Of a stretch of 64,000 nucleotides of DNA, positions 29,193 through 54,606 are shown one piece after another (position 1 is the first letter of the stretch; each line of letters opens with the position of its first letter). This DNA comes from the human T2T-CHM13v2.0 reference genome, Homo sapiens, in the NCBI RefSeq assembly GCF_009914755.1, contig NC_060938.1. One strand, written 5' to 3'. The position numbers and the translations under genes were made by a program. The notes under the pieces are model-generated. The model saw only the letters and a program-made list of their open reading frames with translations. It had not been told where the DNA came from and made no database searches.

Positions 29193-29498
29193 GGCCAGGT
29201 GCGGTGGCTCACACCTCTAATCCCAGCACTTTGGGAGGCCGAGGCGGGCAGATCACTTGAGGTCAGGAGTTCGAGACCAGCCTGGCCAATATGGGGAAAC
29301 CCTGTCTCTACTAAAAATACAAAAATTAGCCGGGCATGGTGGTGCGTGCCTGTAATCCCAGCTACTCAGGAGGCTGAGGCATGAGGATCACTTGAACCTA
29401 GAAGGTGGAGTTTGCAGTGAGCCAAGATCGAGCCACTGTACTCCAGCCTGGGTGACAGAGGGAGACTCTATCTCAAACAACAAACAAACAAAAAATAA
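29193..29498 (+). mobile_element. AluS
   Basis: Full dimer with CAAA tail. Confidence 0.87.
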
Positions 29499-30582
29499 GG
29501 CAAGGCGGAGTCTGGCAAAAATGGGAGTCCCTGCTTCCTTTGCTGGTCCTGTGAGACATTTGGTTTCAGCCATTTTAATGCAAATTGATAAACTGGATGG
29601 AATTTCTAAGAATATTCAGCTCATCCTTCTCTACCTCTAATCTTGGACCACATCAAAATCATGTTAACTGAAACAGTGATCCTAATTTTAAATTTCAGGT
29701 GGGAATTTCTAGCCTTTCTGTAATCCAGTGCAATAGACTGGTACTTGGGTTTATGTGTTAAATTGCAAGAAATATAATTGTTTAGAGGAATCCAGCATTC
29801 TCTTTCTATTCTTTATACAAAAGTCTACAGGGGAAACCATATTAAAATCAGAGAGTGGCTTAGTGAATATGGCACTATGGGAAAGGAAATTAGATGTTCT
29901 TAATAGTTAATATCATCAAGTATGATAGCTGGTGTATTTATCTCCACTGTTGTGTGATTGATTTAATGATTGATTTGCATTTGCCTAGTTCCAAAAAATA
30001 TTTGCAATATCTTACTATAATACACAAAATAATAGGAAAACATAAATTTTTTAAGTTGGGTTGAATTTCAAGTCAAGGTTAAGTAAAAAAAATAAGTAGG
30101 GGTAAAGGGAAAATTGAAATAAGATGGCGGCAAAAGGAAAATTAATGCACAGAAAAACATTCTATAAGTAGCATTTCCAAATACTAAAGCTAGGCTGTGA
30201 ATTCAGCTGTGAGCTTCTTGGTGGCTAAAGCAAATTAAAATACAGAATGAAATTCACATTCCTCTTAGGATTTATAAAAGCCTATCAGTTACTCAAGAGG
30301 GGCAAAAAAAATTTTGTGGCTTTTCTAAGAAGACAATGATATAGTGGACACCACCTTCTGTGACATCTAAAAGCAAATATGATGTTGAGTTTTGACCACT
30401 GTTTCTTCTAAAAACACCAAATGGAGATTCAGAAGGTCCTAAGCGAGAAATAACACTGGTGGAGAACTGTATGAAGGAAATATAATCCATCTATCGCTTT
30501 AGATAGCCCAAAATTTAATCCTGTATTAAACCAAATCATCATAGAGCAGCATATTTGGGCTAAATTGTGATGAGCCTAGTAG

Positions 30583-30629
30583 AACACACTTAGGACCTTC
30601 TGAATCTATTAGAAGGTCCTAAGTGTGTT
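30583..30629. repeat. Perfect 19-bp inverted repeat with a 9-nt spacer
   Basis: AACACACTTAGGACCTTCT (30583-30601) / AGAAGGTCCTAAGTGTGTT (30611-30629). Confidence 0.95.
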
Positions 30630-30700
30630 AGGACAAATGACACCTTCAATAAAGTTGGGCAACACTTAGTTACAATTATTAGTAAATGGATAGATTGTAG

Positions 30701-31815
<1,115 letters not shown>

Positions 31816-32351
31816 AAACAAAATTGGAAAAATATATTTATTGACATGGGAAGATGTTTGTCTTTTTTTTTTAATTGGGTAAAAAAAGAAAATAGATTAG
31901 AAAATAATATATACAGTATGATCCCATTTTGCTAAAATATTTATATCTGTGTGCCTTGATATATATTTGCATATTGAAACTTTCAGGAAGTATATATGCC
32001 AAAATATCATTAGTGATTGTCTCTGGATAGTGGGCTTTATGAGTGCTTTTATTTTGTTCTTTTTGCTGTCAGTATTTTCTGATTCTTTGACAATGAACAT
32101 ATATTTCCAGATATTTCCAGTACAGTATATGAAAACAAGTTCTTTAGGTACAAAATTTTTAAAAAGTTAACGAAGCAGGATGGAAATTAAGCAGCCCAAC
32201 AGAGGGTCCTTCACATTTAAATGGCTACCCCACTTCCATGCAAAGGCAAACTTAGGGAGCCAAGGTAAGCAGGACCAGACCACATTAGAAGATTATTGAG
32301 GTCTGCTCCAAGACAGAGGTCAGTAAAGGAGAAAGACTCCATGGTTCTACA

Positions 32352-32665
32352 TCAGCACTGTCCAATAGAAATATAATGCAAGCCACATGTAGTTTTACAT
32401 TTTCTAGTAACCTCATTTAAAATGCAAAAAGAAATTATTAAACCAATTTTAATATTTTATTTAGCCCAGTATATAAAAATATTATCATTTCAACATGGAA
32501 TTAATATTAAACAGTTATTAATGAATTATGTCACATTCTGTTTTTCATACTAAGTCTTCAAAATTCAGTGTGTATTCAACACTTAGCACATCTCAAGTTG
32601 GACTACTCATGTTTCAAGTGGTCAGTAGCCATGTGTGACTAGTGGCTATCATATTAAAGTGTAGC
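32352..32665. mobile_element. MER3/MER33-like hAT element
   Basis: CAGCACTGTCCAATAGAAATATAATGCAAGCCACAT...AGCCATGTGTGACTAGTGGCTA. Confidence 0.7.
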
Positions 32666-32724
32666 TCTAGATCATAGGTCATTATTATAGTCTGTAAAAA
32701 TTTCAAAGTAGTTCCAGATCATAG

Positions 32725-36403
<3,679 letters not shown>

Positions 36404-37899
36404 CAGCCCTGCACACTTCTAATTAGTCCAATGACTTAGGCAAGTTTCTTCATTTCATTAAGCCTTTTTCTTTTTCCCTAAAAAAGGTTATGGTTTTGGA
36501 AATACTTTCCCCGTGGGGTTGTTGTGAGAGTCCAGTGAAATAATAAGGAGTGGTGCTTATTACAAAATCAAACGCTCAACAAAAATAGGATTCAAAGCCA
36601 TTTTTAAAAATCACATTTCCTTTTGTTGGCTTGATTAAATTGGGTACCAATAAGATTAACAAATCTTGATTAGGTTAAGATTAGTATAAAAGACCTTTCT
36701 TCCAGGGTATTCAATCATTTAGAGCTTGTCTTCGGTGCTCAACTTTAGTTATCCCAGATCACTGAAGCTGAGATGGCTGATGAAGTAATTTGCAGTGAAA
36801 TTTTAAGCGACTGTGACTCTGCTGCAAGTTCCCCAGATCTTGAGGTAAGGAATTGTGAGAAAAAGTGGGGGTGAGGGGAATAGTGGGGTATAATGAGTCA
36901 CTTTTGATTTTTTGGTTTGCTAATGAGGATCTTCTCTTGTCCAAATCCCTCGGCCAACCATGTTTGTTTAACTTTTTGGTTGGGCTATATGTATCTTTCG
37001 AACTGTAGGTTAGTGTGCCCACAAAAATTTCTCTTGCAAACGTACACTGCCATTCCTTTCTTTTTAATAAATGTGTAGGACTGCTACCAAAATATGGCAG
37101 TCCTGCCTTCCAGGGCTAGGTCTCATTGGTACTTGGGGTGCAGGGGTGTAGTGGGAACCTGCCAGGAGAAATTCCTCTGGGATCTTGGGGGCTTGAGGGC
37201 TTAAATGAAGGGTGGCACCCAAATCCCCAATCAATGCCTGTTCAATCAACAAACATCTAACAGGACATTATGTGGTAGGCATATTGCCAGGCCGTGGAGA
37301 TGCGAATATAAATAGGAACCGGCCCCTCATCTGCAGGCGCTCACAACCTAGTTAGGAAACAGTAAAACAATTAAGCGCGCCGTGGAGATAGGCCCACTTG
37401 TCCTGGGAAATGAGGGGAAGCTGGGGTTTGCAGTGGTTTGATTGAAGGGGGACTACATGTTAGAGGCACAGACTGGGTGCAGGTACACCCAAAGGAACGA
37501 GAAGAGTGGAAGGAAACAACATCCACAAAGTAACCACATGCTGGCGTATCGAAGGCCGTGATTTACGGTTTTGAGACTTTACCTCGCCAGCAAAGGGGGG
37601 CCAGTCTGTTAGCGGTGCAGATTGGAGGGGTGACATTGGAAGCTGTCCAGGAAAAAGAAAATGGAACTGGGGAGCAGAAGGCCTACGCAAGAGGGCGGGA
37701 CAGACAGGACTTGTGACTAGTAGCTCTGGACTGAGGAATCCTCCCTGCTTTCTGGTGCGGGAGAGCTAGTGGATGATGGTGCCAATAACCTGGATGGGGA
37801 AAGTAAGCTCCCTCCTGGAATGCTTCATTCACAACCTCCATTTTCAGCAACATCCCATCTACTGGTGCTTCCTGGTCGAGATACAAGTTTCCTGAAACT

Positions 37900-38485
37900 G
37901 CTGCTCTGTTTTGGGCCTCACCCGGCCAACAGCTCACTAGCTGGCAAGCAGTAGTATCAAGATGGCGGCCCCCTAGGACTGGCTAGTCATGTGACCTCGG
38001 GTTTCCCAAGTTTGAAGCCCGGCAGTCCTTTCGGGGGCAAGGTTCACCTGTCACGAAACGAGTGTCACCCCTTCGACTCTCGCAAGCCAATCGGCATCTG
38101 AGACTGGGCCACTGCGGTGAGGCGATCGGAAGATTGGTCCTTTCCAGTCGCCTAGCTAGGGCCAATCACGGAGCGTCCCATACTTCGCGGGCCCGCCCGT
38201 AGGCCGGGGAGAAGCAGGAATATCGTCACAGCGTGGCGGTATTATTACCTAAGGACTCGATAGGAGGTGGGACGCGTGTTGATTGACAGGCAGATTTCCC
38301 CTACCGGGATTTGAGAATTTGGCGCAGTGCCCCGCCTTAGAGGTGGGGCCTTATTTGATTGCCAAGTAATATTCCCCAATGGAGTACTAGCTCATGGTGA
38401 CGGGCAGGCAGCTTGACTAATGAGTCCTCGGCGTGGCCGGCGCAGCTCTCCAATCGCCGGGCGGCGGGCCCCAGTCTGAGCGGCG
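37900..38485 (+). promoter_or_regulatory. PABPN1 CpG-island promoter
   Basis: YY1 consensus CAAGATGGCGGC at 37958-37969, E-box GTCATGTGAC at 37986-37995, CCAAT/ATTGG at 38087, 38133, 38162, 38376, 38450. Confidence 0.78.
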
Positions 38486-38836
38486 ATGGCGGCGGCGGCG
38501 GCGGCGGCAGCAGCAGCGGGGGCTGCGGGCGGTCGGGGCTCCGGGCCGGGGCGGCGGCGCCATCTTGTGCCCGGGGCCGGTGGGGAGGCCGGGGAGGGGG
38601 CCCCGGGGGGCGCAGGGGACTACGGGAACGGCCTGGAGTCTGAGGAACTGGAGCCTGAGGAGCTGCTGCTGGAGCCCGAGCCGGAGCCCGAGCCCGAAGA
38701 GGAGCCGCCCCGGCCCCGCGCCCCCCCGGGAGCTCCGGGCCCTGGGCCTGGTTCGGGAGCCCCCGGCAGCCAAGAGGAGGAGGAGGAGCCGGGACTGGTC
38801 GAGGGTGACCCGGGGGACGGCGCCATTGAGGACCCG
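38486..38836 (+). CDS. PABPN1: PABPN1 exon 1 (polyalanine tract and acidic N-terminus, aa 1-117)
   Basis: [30 protein letters not shown]...GAIEDP; donor CCG|GTGAGG. Confidence 0.97.
38489..38518 (+). repeat. PABPN1: PABPN1 (GCN)10 polyalanine repeat, (GCG)6(GCA)3GCG: normal-length allele of the OPMD locus
   Basis: Read directly after the ATG. Confidence 0.95.
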
Positions 38837-39196
38837 GTGAGGGAAGGAGGGCGAGCGAGCAGGCCGGCGGCTGGCCGGCCGGGTCACTGGAGGCCCAGAG
38901 CTCGGGCGAGCGGGTGGCAGGCGGGGGGTGGGGTTGGGCGGGGAATAACGTGGCTGGGGCCGGGTCGGGCCGGGGATGGGTCAGCGATCACTACAAGGGG
39001 CCCGACTGGCTTGATTCGGGCGTCACGGGTGCCTAGTGTTGTTCTAGAGAGGGTAGCTTTTCTTTTATCACGACCCTCGCATGGGGCGAGGGAAATGGCC
39101 GAGCATGGCTGAGGCCGCGCTCTGGCCGAGAGCAGGGCACAGCCCCTGCGTTGGTTCCTCTTAAGCTGTCCTCCATACCCTCCCCACTTATATTAG

Positions 39197-39311
39197 GAGC
39201 TGGAAGCTATCAAAGCTCGAGTCAGGGAGATGGAGGAAGAAGCTGAGAAGCTAAAGGAGCTACAGAACGAGGTAGAGAAGCAGATGAATATGAGTCCACC
39301 TCCAGGCAATG
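39197..39311 (+). CDS. PABPN1: PABPN1 exon 2 (coiled coil)
   Basis: TATTAG|GAG; [38 protein letters not shown]; donor G|GTGAGT. Confidence 0.96.
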
Positions 39312-40014
39312 GTGAGTAACTGGCGGTTGCACGCGGAGCCCGGGTTCTCGGGTTGGAAGGGTTGTGGGGAGGATGGGGAATGTGGGGTTAGATACTCGGC
39401 ACCCTGGAGCTGCTTGTCTGAGCTATTATGACTGTGCCGCGGTCATAGTCCGTTGTGTGTTCCTCTGACCTTTGTGAGGCAGAACGTATATTTTGGTGGT
39501 GGTAGCCTTGTGCCTCCCTTTGTGCCTGTTATAATTGTGTTGCTCTTTGTTCTTAGTCTACGTCTATCTTTCTTTGTAGAGGTTGCGTGCTCGCATTTGA
39601 CCTTCAAATCTAATAGTTTTTCCTCCAATTGGAGACGCTTTAGGATTCTAAGAGAAAGCAAGCTGCAAGGGGTTTCCCCTTTAATCTAGAAATGTGGAGT
39701 CTCAGCCCACTTAATTTTGCTCACTCTTAAAAGCATTTCAACCAAAGCCATTCATTAGGGATTTGATTTGGAGGCAGGAGGGATTCCTATACTGTTTTAA
39801 GTGTGTATTAATTCTTTCAATTTATCGAATATTTAGTGAGTACCTGCTATGCACTAGGCACTATTCTCGGTTGTGGGTACAGCAGGGAACAGCACAGACC
39901 AAAATCTTTGCCTTCACTGAGCTTATGGGATAGTGCTGGTGGTGGAAGTGCAACATATTGGTCAAGTAGAAAACAAGTGTGTGGTTTTTGTAAAAAATTA
40001 TTTTTTCCTGATAG

Positions 40015-40082
40015 CTGGCCCGGTGATCATGTCCATTGAGGAGAAGATGGAGGCTGATGCCCGTTCCATCTATGTTGGCAAT
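40015..40082 (+). CDS. PABPN1: PABPN1 exon 3
   Basis: GATAG|CT; [22 protein letters not shown] (RNP2); donor AAT|GTACGT. Confidence 0.95.
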
Positions 40083-40392
40083 GTACGTACTGGGGCTCTG
40101 ACTGGGGTTGGGGGCAAGTTCTTCTTTTGGGGAATTATTTAATAGTCCTGAAAGGAACATCTCCGGGATAGATGTGGTTTTGGGTGTGGAGGGAGTGTGG
40201 GAAGGAGGTTAAAGGTAATGGAATGATCAGTAATCAGCAAAGGCTCTGGGTTTGGAAGGAAAAGAGATTAATTCCTCAAATTACCAGATTTCATGTGCTT
40301 TGGTGTATGATGGCCCAGACCAAAGGCTCGGGAGGGTTCCTTTTGAGACAGGAATTTGCCTGGTGCCTGTGAAATTTTTCTCCTCTCATCAG

Positions 40393-40499
40393 GTGGACTA
40401 TGGTGCAACAGCAGAAGAGCTGGAAGCTCACTTTCATGGCTGTGGTTCAGTCAACCGTGTTACCATACTGTGTGACAAATTTAGTGGCCATCCCAAAGG
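40393..40499 (+). CDS. PABPN1: PABPN1 exon 4 (RRM)
   Basis: CATCAG|GTG; [36 protein letters not shown]; donor GG|GTAAGT. Confidence 0.96.
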
Positions 40500-40980
40500 G
40501 TAAGTAAAGGGGAGTAAGTTGAGATAATTTAAATTACAGTGTACAAATAGATAAATTATGTTTTATATTGAGCAGTAAGTTATTTGGTGTTAACACAGGT
40601 GATCTGTGTCATTTAAGATCATGGCATTAATGTTGATATATCAGGAGTTGCACCTAAATGTCTTCAGAGGCCAGATAACAAAAATGAAGGCTAGATGTGG
40701 GTGGGATTACGAACTAGAAGGGGAGGGGCAGCTTCTACTTGGCCTATTATGGCCATATGGAAATTCAGGCCCTGTGTGTCTTATTTTTACAAATTTCAAA
40801 GAGTAGCTGGAAATTTTAAAATTTAAATGATTTCGAATGATTGAAATTTTCCATTTAGAAGAATTTTGACAAATAAAAAATATAACTGCATTGTAGCCCA
40901 AAACGAAGCATGCCTGCAGGTTGAATTTGACCTGTGAGGTATTTGTAACCTCAGAGAGATACAATGACAATTCTTTTCAG

Positions 40981-41068
40981 GTTTGCGTATATAGAGTTCT
41001 CAGACAAAGAGTCAGTGAGGACTTCCTTGGCCTTAGATGAGTCCCTATTTAGAGGAAGGCAAATCAAG
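40981..41068 (+). CDS. PABPN1: PABPN1 exon 5 (RRM, RNP1)
   Basis: TTTTCAG|G; [29 protein letters not shown]; donor AAG|GTAAGC. Confidence 0.96.
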
Positions 41069-41153
41069 GTAAGCCTATGTCCATTGCTGTTCTAGTTGTG
41101 TATAAACTCTCCAGGTTGCCTTTAAGGCTATCATTTGTTCATCTCTGACTCAG

Positions 41154-41305
41154 GTGATCCCAAAACGAACCAACAGACCAGGCATCAGCACAACAGACCG
41201 GGGTTTTCCACGAGCCCGCTACCGCGCCCGGACCACCAACTACAACAGCTCCCGCTCTCGATTCTACAGTGGTTTTAACAGCAGGCCCCGGGGTCGCGTC
41301 TACAG
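41154..41305 (+). CDS. PABPN1: PABPN1 exon 6 (Arg-rich tail)
   Basis: ACTCAG|GTG; [50 protein letters not shown]; non-consensus donor CAG|GTCAGG. Confidence 0.95.
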
Positions 41306-42264
41306 GTCAGGATAGATGGGCTGCTCCTCTTTCCCCCGCCTCCCGTGAGCCCCGTATGCTTCCTCCTCTCTGGTCTGAGGAACCTCCCTCCCCCCACCCC
41401 TCCCCGTGGTCTTCAGGAACTTTGTCTCCTGCCTGTGCAGGTTGAGGAAGGTAGTTGCAGGCCAGGCCAGAAGGCCAGCCTCATCATCTTTTCTGCAGTA
41501 GAAATTGGTGATAAGGGCTGCATCCCTCCCTTGGTTCAAAGAGGCTTCCACCCCCAGCCTTTTTTTTCTTGGGAGTTGGTGGCATTTGAAGGTGTTTGCG
41601 GACAAAACTGGGAGGAACAGGGCCTCCAGGCAGTGAAAGCACTGCTTGGACATTTGTTACTTTTTTCGGAGTTAGGGAGGGATTGAAGACTGAACCTCCC
41701 TTGGAAGAATACCAGAGGCTAGCTAGTTGATCCTCCCCAACAGCCTTGTGGGAGGATTTTGAGATACTTATTCTTTATTTGAGCCAGTCTTGCAAGGTTA
41801 ACTTCTCACTGGGCCTAGTGTGGTGCCCAGGTTTTTGCCTTGCTTCACTTCTGTCTCTACATTTAAATAGACGGGTTAGGCATATAAACCTTGGCTTTTC
41901 ATAAGCTCTACCTGCCTATCCCCAGGAGTTAGGGAGGATCTATTTGTGATGGCCTAGGGTTTAAGAGCTGTGGAGGACTGAAAACTGGATAAAAAGGGGG
42001 TCCTTTTCCTTGCCCCTGTCTCTCACTCAGATGCGCTTCTTTTTCGCCACTGTTTGGCAAAGTTTTCTGTTAAGCCCCCCTCCCCCTGCCCCAGTTCTCC
42101 AGGTGCGTTACTATTTCTGGGATCATGGGGTCAGTTTTAGGACACTTGAACACTTCTTTTCCCCCCTTCCCTTCACAGTAACTGGGGCAGGGGCCTACGG
42201 GGAGGGGCTTGTACTGAACTATCTAGTGATCACGTTAACACCTAACTCTCCTTCTTTCTTCCAG

Positions 42265-42304
42265 GGGCCGGGCTAGAGCGACATCATGGTATTCCCCTTA
42301 CTAA
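42265..42304 (+). CDS. PABPN1: PABPN1 exon 7 (C-terminus, PY-type NLS end)
   Basis: Branch point CTAAC at 42242, acceptor TTCCAG|G; GRARATSWYSPY*. Exons sum to 921 nt = 306 aa plus stop. Confidence 0.95.
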
Positions 42305-42430
42305 AAAAAGTGTGTATTAGGAGGAGAGAGAGGAAAAAAAGAGGAAAGAAGGAAAAAAAAAAGAATTAAAAAAAAAAAAAAGAAAAACAGAAGATGACCT
42401 TGATGGAAAAAAAATATTTTTTAAAAAAAA
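42303..42430 (+). promoter_or_regulatory. A-rich tract at the start of the PABPN1 3'UTR (autoregulatory element)
   Basis: Several A runs right after the stop codon; PABPN1 is known to autoregulate terminal-intron splicing through an A-rich 3'UTR region. Confidence 0.7.
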
Positions 42431-43152
42431 GATATACTGTGGAAGGGGGGAGAATCCCATAACTAACTGCTGAGGAGGGACCTGCTTTGGGGAGTAGGGG
42501 AAGGCCCAGGGAGTGGGGCAGGGGGCTGCTTATTCACTCTGGGGATTCGCCATGGACACGTCTCAACTGCGCAAGCTGCTGCCCATGTTTCCCTGCCCCA
42601 CTTCACCCCCTTGGGGGCTGCTCAAGGGTAGGTGGGCGTGGGTGGTAGGAGGTTTTTTTTTTACCCAGGGCTCTGGAAGGACACCAAACTGTTCTGCTTG
42701 TTACCTTCCCTCCGTCTTCTCCTCGCCTTTCACAGTCCCCTCCTGCCTGCTCCTGTCCAGCCAGGTCTACCACCCACCCCACCCCTCTTCTCCGGCTCCC
42801 TGCCCCTCCAGATTGCCTGGTGATCTATTTTGTTTCCTTTTGTGTTTCTTTTTCTGTTTTGAGTGTCTTTCTTTGCAGGTTTCTGTAGCCGGAAGATCTC
42901 CGTTCCGCTCCCAGCGGCTCCAGTGTAAATTCCCCTTCCCCCTGGGGAAATGCACTACCTTGTTTTGGGGGGTTTAGGGGTGTTTTTGTTTTTCAGTTGT
43001 TTTGTTTTTTTGTTTTTTTTTTTTCCTTTGCCTTTTTTCCCTTTTATTTGGAGGGAATGGGAGGAAGTGGGAACAGGGAGGTGGGAGGTGGATTTTGTTT
43101 ATTTTTTTAGCTCATTTCCAGGGGTGGGAATTTTTTTTTAATATGTGTCATG

Positions 43153-43176
43153 AATAAAGTTGTTTTTGAAAATAAA
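43153..43176 (+). terminator. PABPN1 tandem poly(A) signals
   Basis: AATAAA at 43153 and 43171, U/GU-rich downstream sequence. Confidence 0.82.
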
Positions 43177-43442
43177 AATTGTTTGGCCTTTTGGGTGTAA
43201 GGATTATTTATCTTCCTATTCTCTCTTAGATCGCAGATGGCTATTAATTCTGCCTTGTGGTAGAAGTACTGGTGTTGTGGAAGGGAGGTTGCCACTTGTG
43301 AATTAAGGAGTAGGAATTACATTACAACTAGCAGGAACATTATGTGTTTAGTTGAGAATGATAGGTTTTCTGGATAACATGTAACCCTGATTGGCATTTG
43401 AGAGAGAAATAAGCCTGGGAAAGTAAAAGAATAGCTGAATTG

Positions 43443-45591
<2,149 letters not shown>

Positions 45592-46003
45592 TCCAAACTT
45601 CTTATTGCCAAAAAAAGCCCTCTATGATGCCACCAATAAGTACAAAGTCCAAACACAAGCATGGAACTACAACCTTTTTCAATCTGATCCTGATTACATT
45701 TCTCTTCCAGATCCTGCCCTACACCTGATGTACTATGCATTGTAGTTGTTATTTATTTTCATGTATCCCTCATGCTGTTCCCTCTAGCCTGCTATGCTCA
45801 TTCCAACTCTTCTATGAAAATCACGCATATCCTTCCAAGTGTAAGCCAGGTACAACAGACATGAAGCCTTTCCTGATTTCCAAGTCAGAAGTAATCACTC
45901 CTGCAGTCAGGACAAACTGTTCCTATCCCTGTTTAATATTTACTTTGTGGTTTTATAATGAAACTAACTACATTTCTGTTTTCCCACTAGAATGCAAGCT
46001 TCT

Positions 46004-46326
<323 letters not shown>

Positions 46327-46489
46327 GAATGCAAGCTTCTTGAGGGCATCAATTGTGACTTTGTGTCTGCCTCACAGGGCCTGCCATTTAGTAGGTGCCC
46401 AAAAGTTGCTTATTCACCCTGGGCTTGCCTTTCCTGTCCTGGAGAAGGCGGTAACAACAATAGTGTTGCCTTTTACCTGGAGCTGGTAG

Positions 46490-51935
<5,446 letters not shown>

Positions 51936-52121
51936 ATGGATGTTTGAAATAAACATCCTGTTTCCTGTTTTCCAAGCACACCATATCATGTCATACCTCT
52001 AGGCTTTACAAACATTTGCTGAAAGAATAAACAAATATTACTCAACTTTTGGAATATCTACCATATGTCACACATTGGTGTTTCTAAGTTGAATAAGACA
52101 AAGTTCCTGTCCTCAGGGAGC

Positions 52122-53029
<908 letters not shown>

Positions 53030-53032
53030 AAT

Positions 53033-53052
53033 TGGTGCCCATGAAGGGACTC
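53033..53052 (+). other. Primer-binding site, probably tRNA-Arg
   Basis: TGGTGCCCATGAAGGGACTC versus the recalled complement of a tRNA-Arg 3' end, TGGCGACCACGAAGGGACTC; two of three differences are CpG decay. Confidence 0.6.
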
Positions 53053-54167
53053 TGAGTGGATGTAGCCCTGACCTTTGACAAATCTCCTATCGGTGCTCGG
53101 CACCAGCTTGAGCTATGTTTATGGCTCAAATCAACAGGACAATTTGCTGAGGCTTGGGAACTCCCCTTTCTCCAGAGAACCCCTGATCTCTCAAAATTTG
53201 GTTGAGATCTAAAGTTTATTTTGCTCTACGATTCCTTTTCTGGAGTTATACTTGCTTCCAACAAGGAAGGCAAGTTTTCCTGCTCCCATGATGTTGGAAG
53301 GCAGGTAACAGGTAACTCCTTTTTGGAGTTTTAGCTAATATCTAACAGGGAAGGCAAGTTTGAGTTTCTTCCTGCTTCTAGGAGGGTAGAGAGTAGTCTT
53401 CAACCTGAGACCCATTTTTAGGTAAGAAGCTGATTTGGTTTTCTTGCTTGCTTGCTTGCTTTTTTTTTGTCTTGAAAATTCTCCATAATGACTAAAGGTT
53501 AAAGTTGACAACCAGCTGGTCTTAATTTCTCCTTACCATTAGAGCGCTAAGTGATCATATTGTTGGTTTTTTTTGTTGTTGTCCCTTTCTCCCATTGGAT
53601 TTGACTAACTCTACCTGTCTTGGTCAAATCCTAATGAGAATTCCAAATTATGGGGAACAAGGCCTCTGAATAAGTTAAAATTTCTCACAGCTGTAAAAAG
53701 AAAAAAAGAAACCATGGGCTTAGTTTCTGTGTTCGCTGTCTTAATTTTCATCCATCCTATTCCTCCTTCCCCTTTGCCATCTTCAGTACCAAGAAAAAAT
53801 CTAGAGAAGGCTTCTAATGACTTGAATTCCTCAAATAACTCAAAACAAAGGTGCCACTCATCCCTTTTGGAGTGTTCTGTTTTCTTTTTGAAGTTTCAAG
53901 AGTTATAGGCAGATTCTTCTTCGGTCTAAAGTTCTGCTCTCCTGTATTGCATTACCTGATCTCTTTGGCTTTGGGGGATACCAAAGATTACTTTGCGCTG
54001 TGTGAGGATTTTACCTTGGTGTGTGTAATGGCGGACAAGTGCTACAAAGTTAGGGGTGGCTAAGAACAGTTTACAGAGAGTGGTCTTAGATTTTTTTTTT
54101 TCCTCCTGGGAAGATATTTAGGACCCTAATTCTAGTTTGGAGGTACATTTTAAATAGTGTCTTGTCC

Positions 54168-54606
<439 letters not shown>

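Noticed and set aside
30120-30131. Isolated YY1-like AAGATGGCGGC in AT-rich DNA
   Set aside because: No CpG island or other promoter elements nearby; a single motif is not enough
38489-38518. Possible pathogenic OPMD expansion
   Set aside because: The count is 10 alanine codons, the normal allele
38486-39112. 208-aa ORF starting at the PABPN1 ATG
   Set aside because: Exon 1 read into intron 1; a strong donor at 38836 explains it
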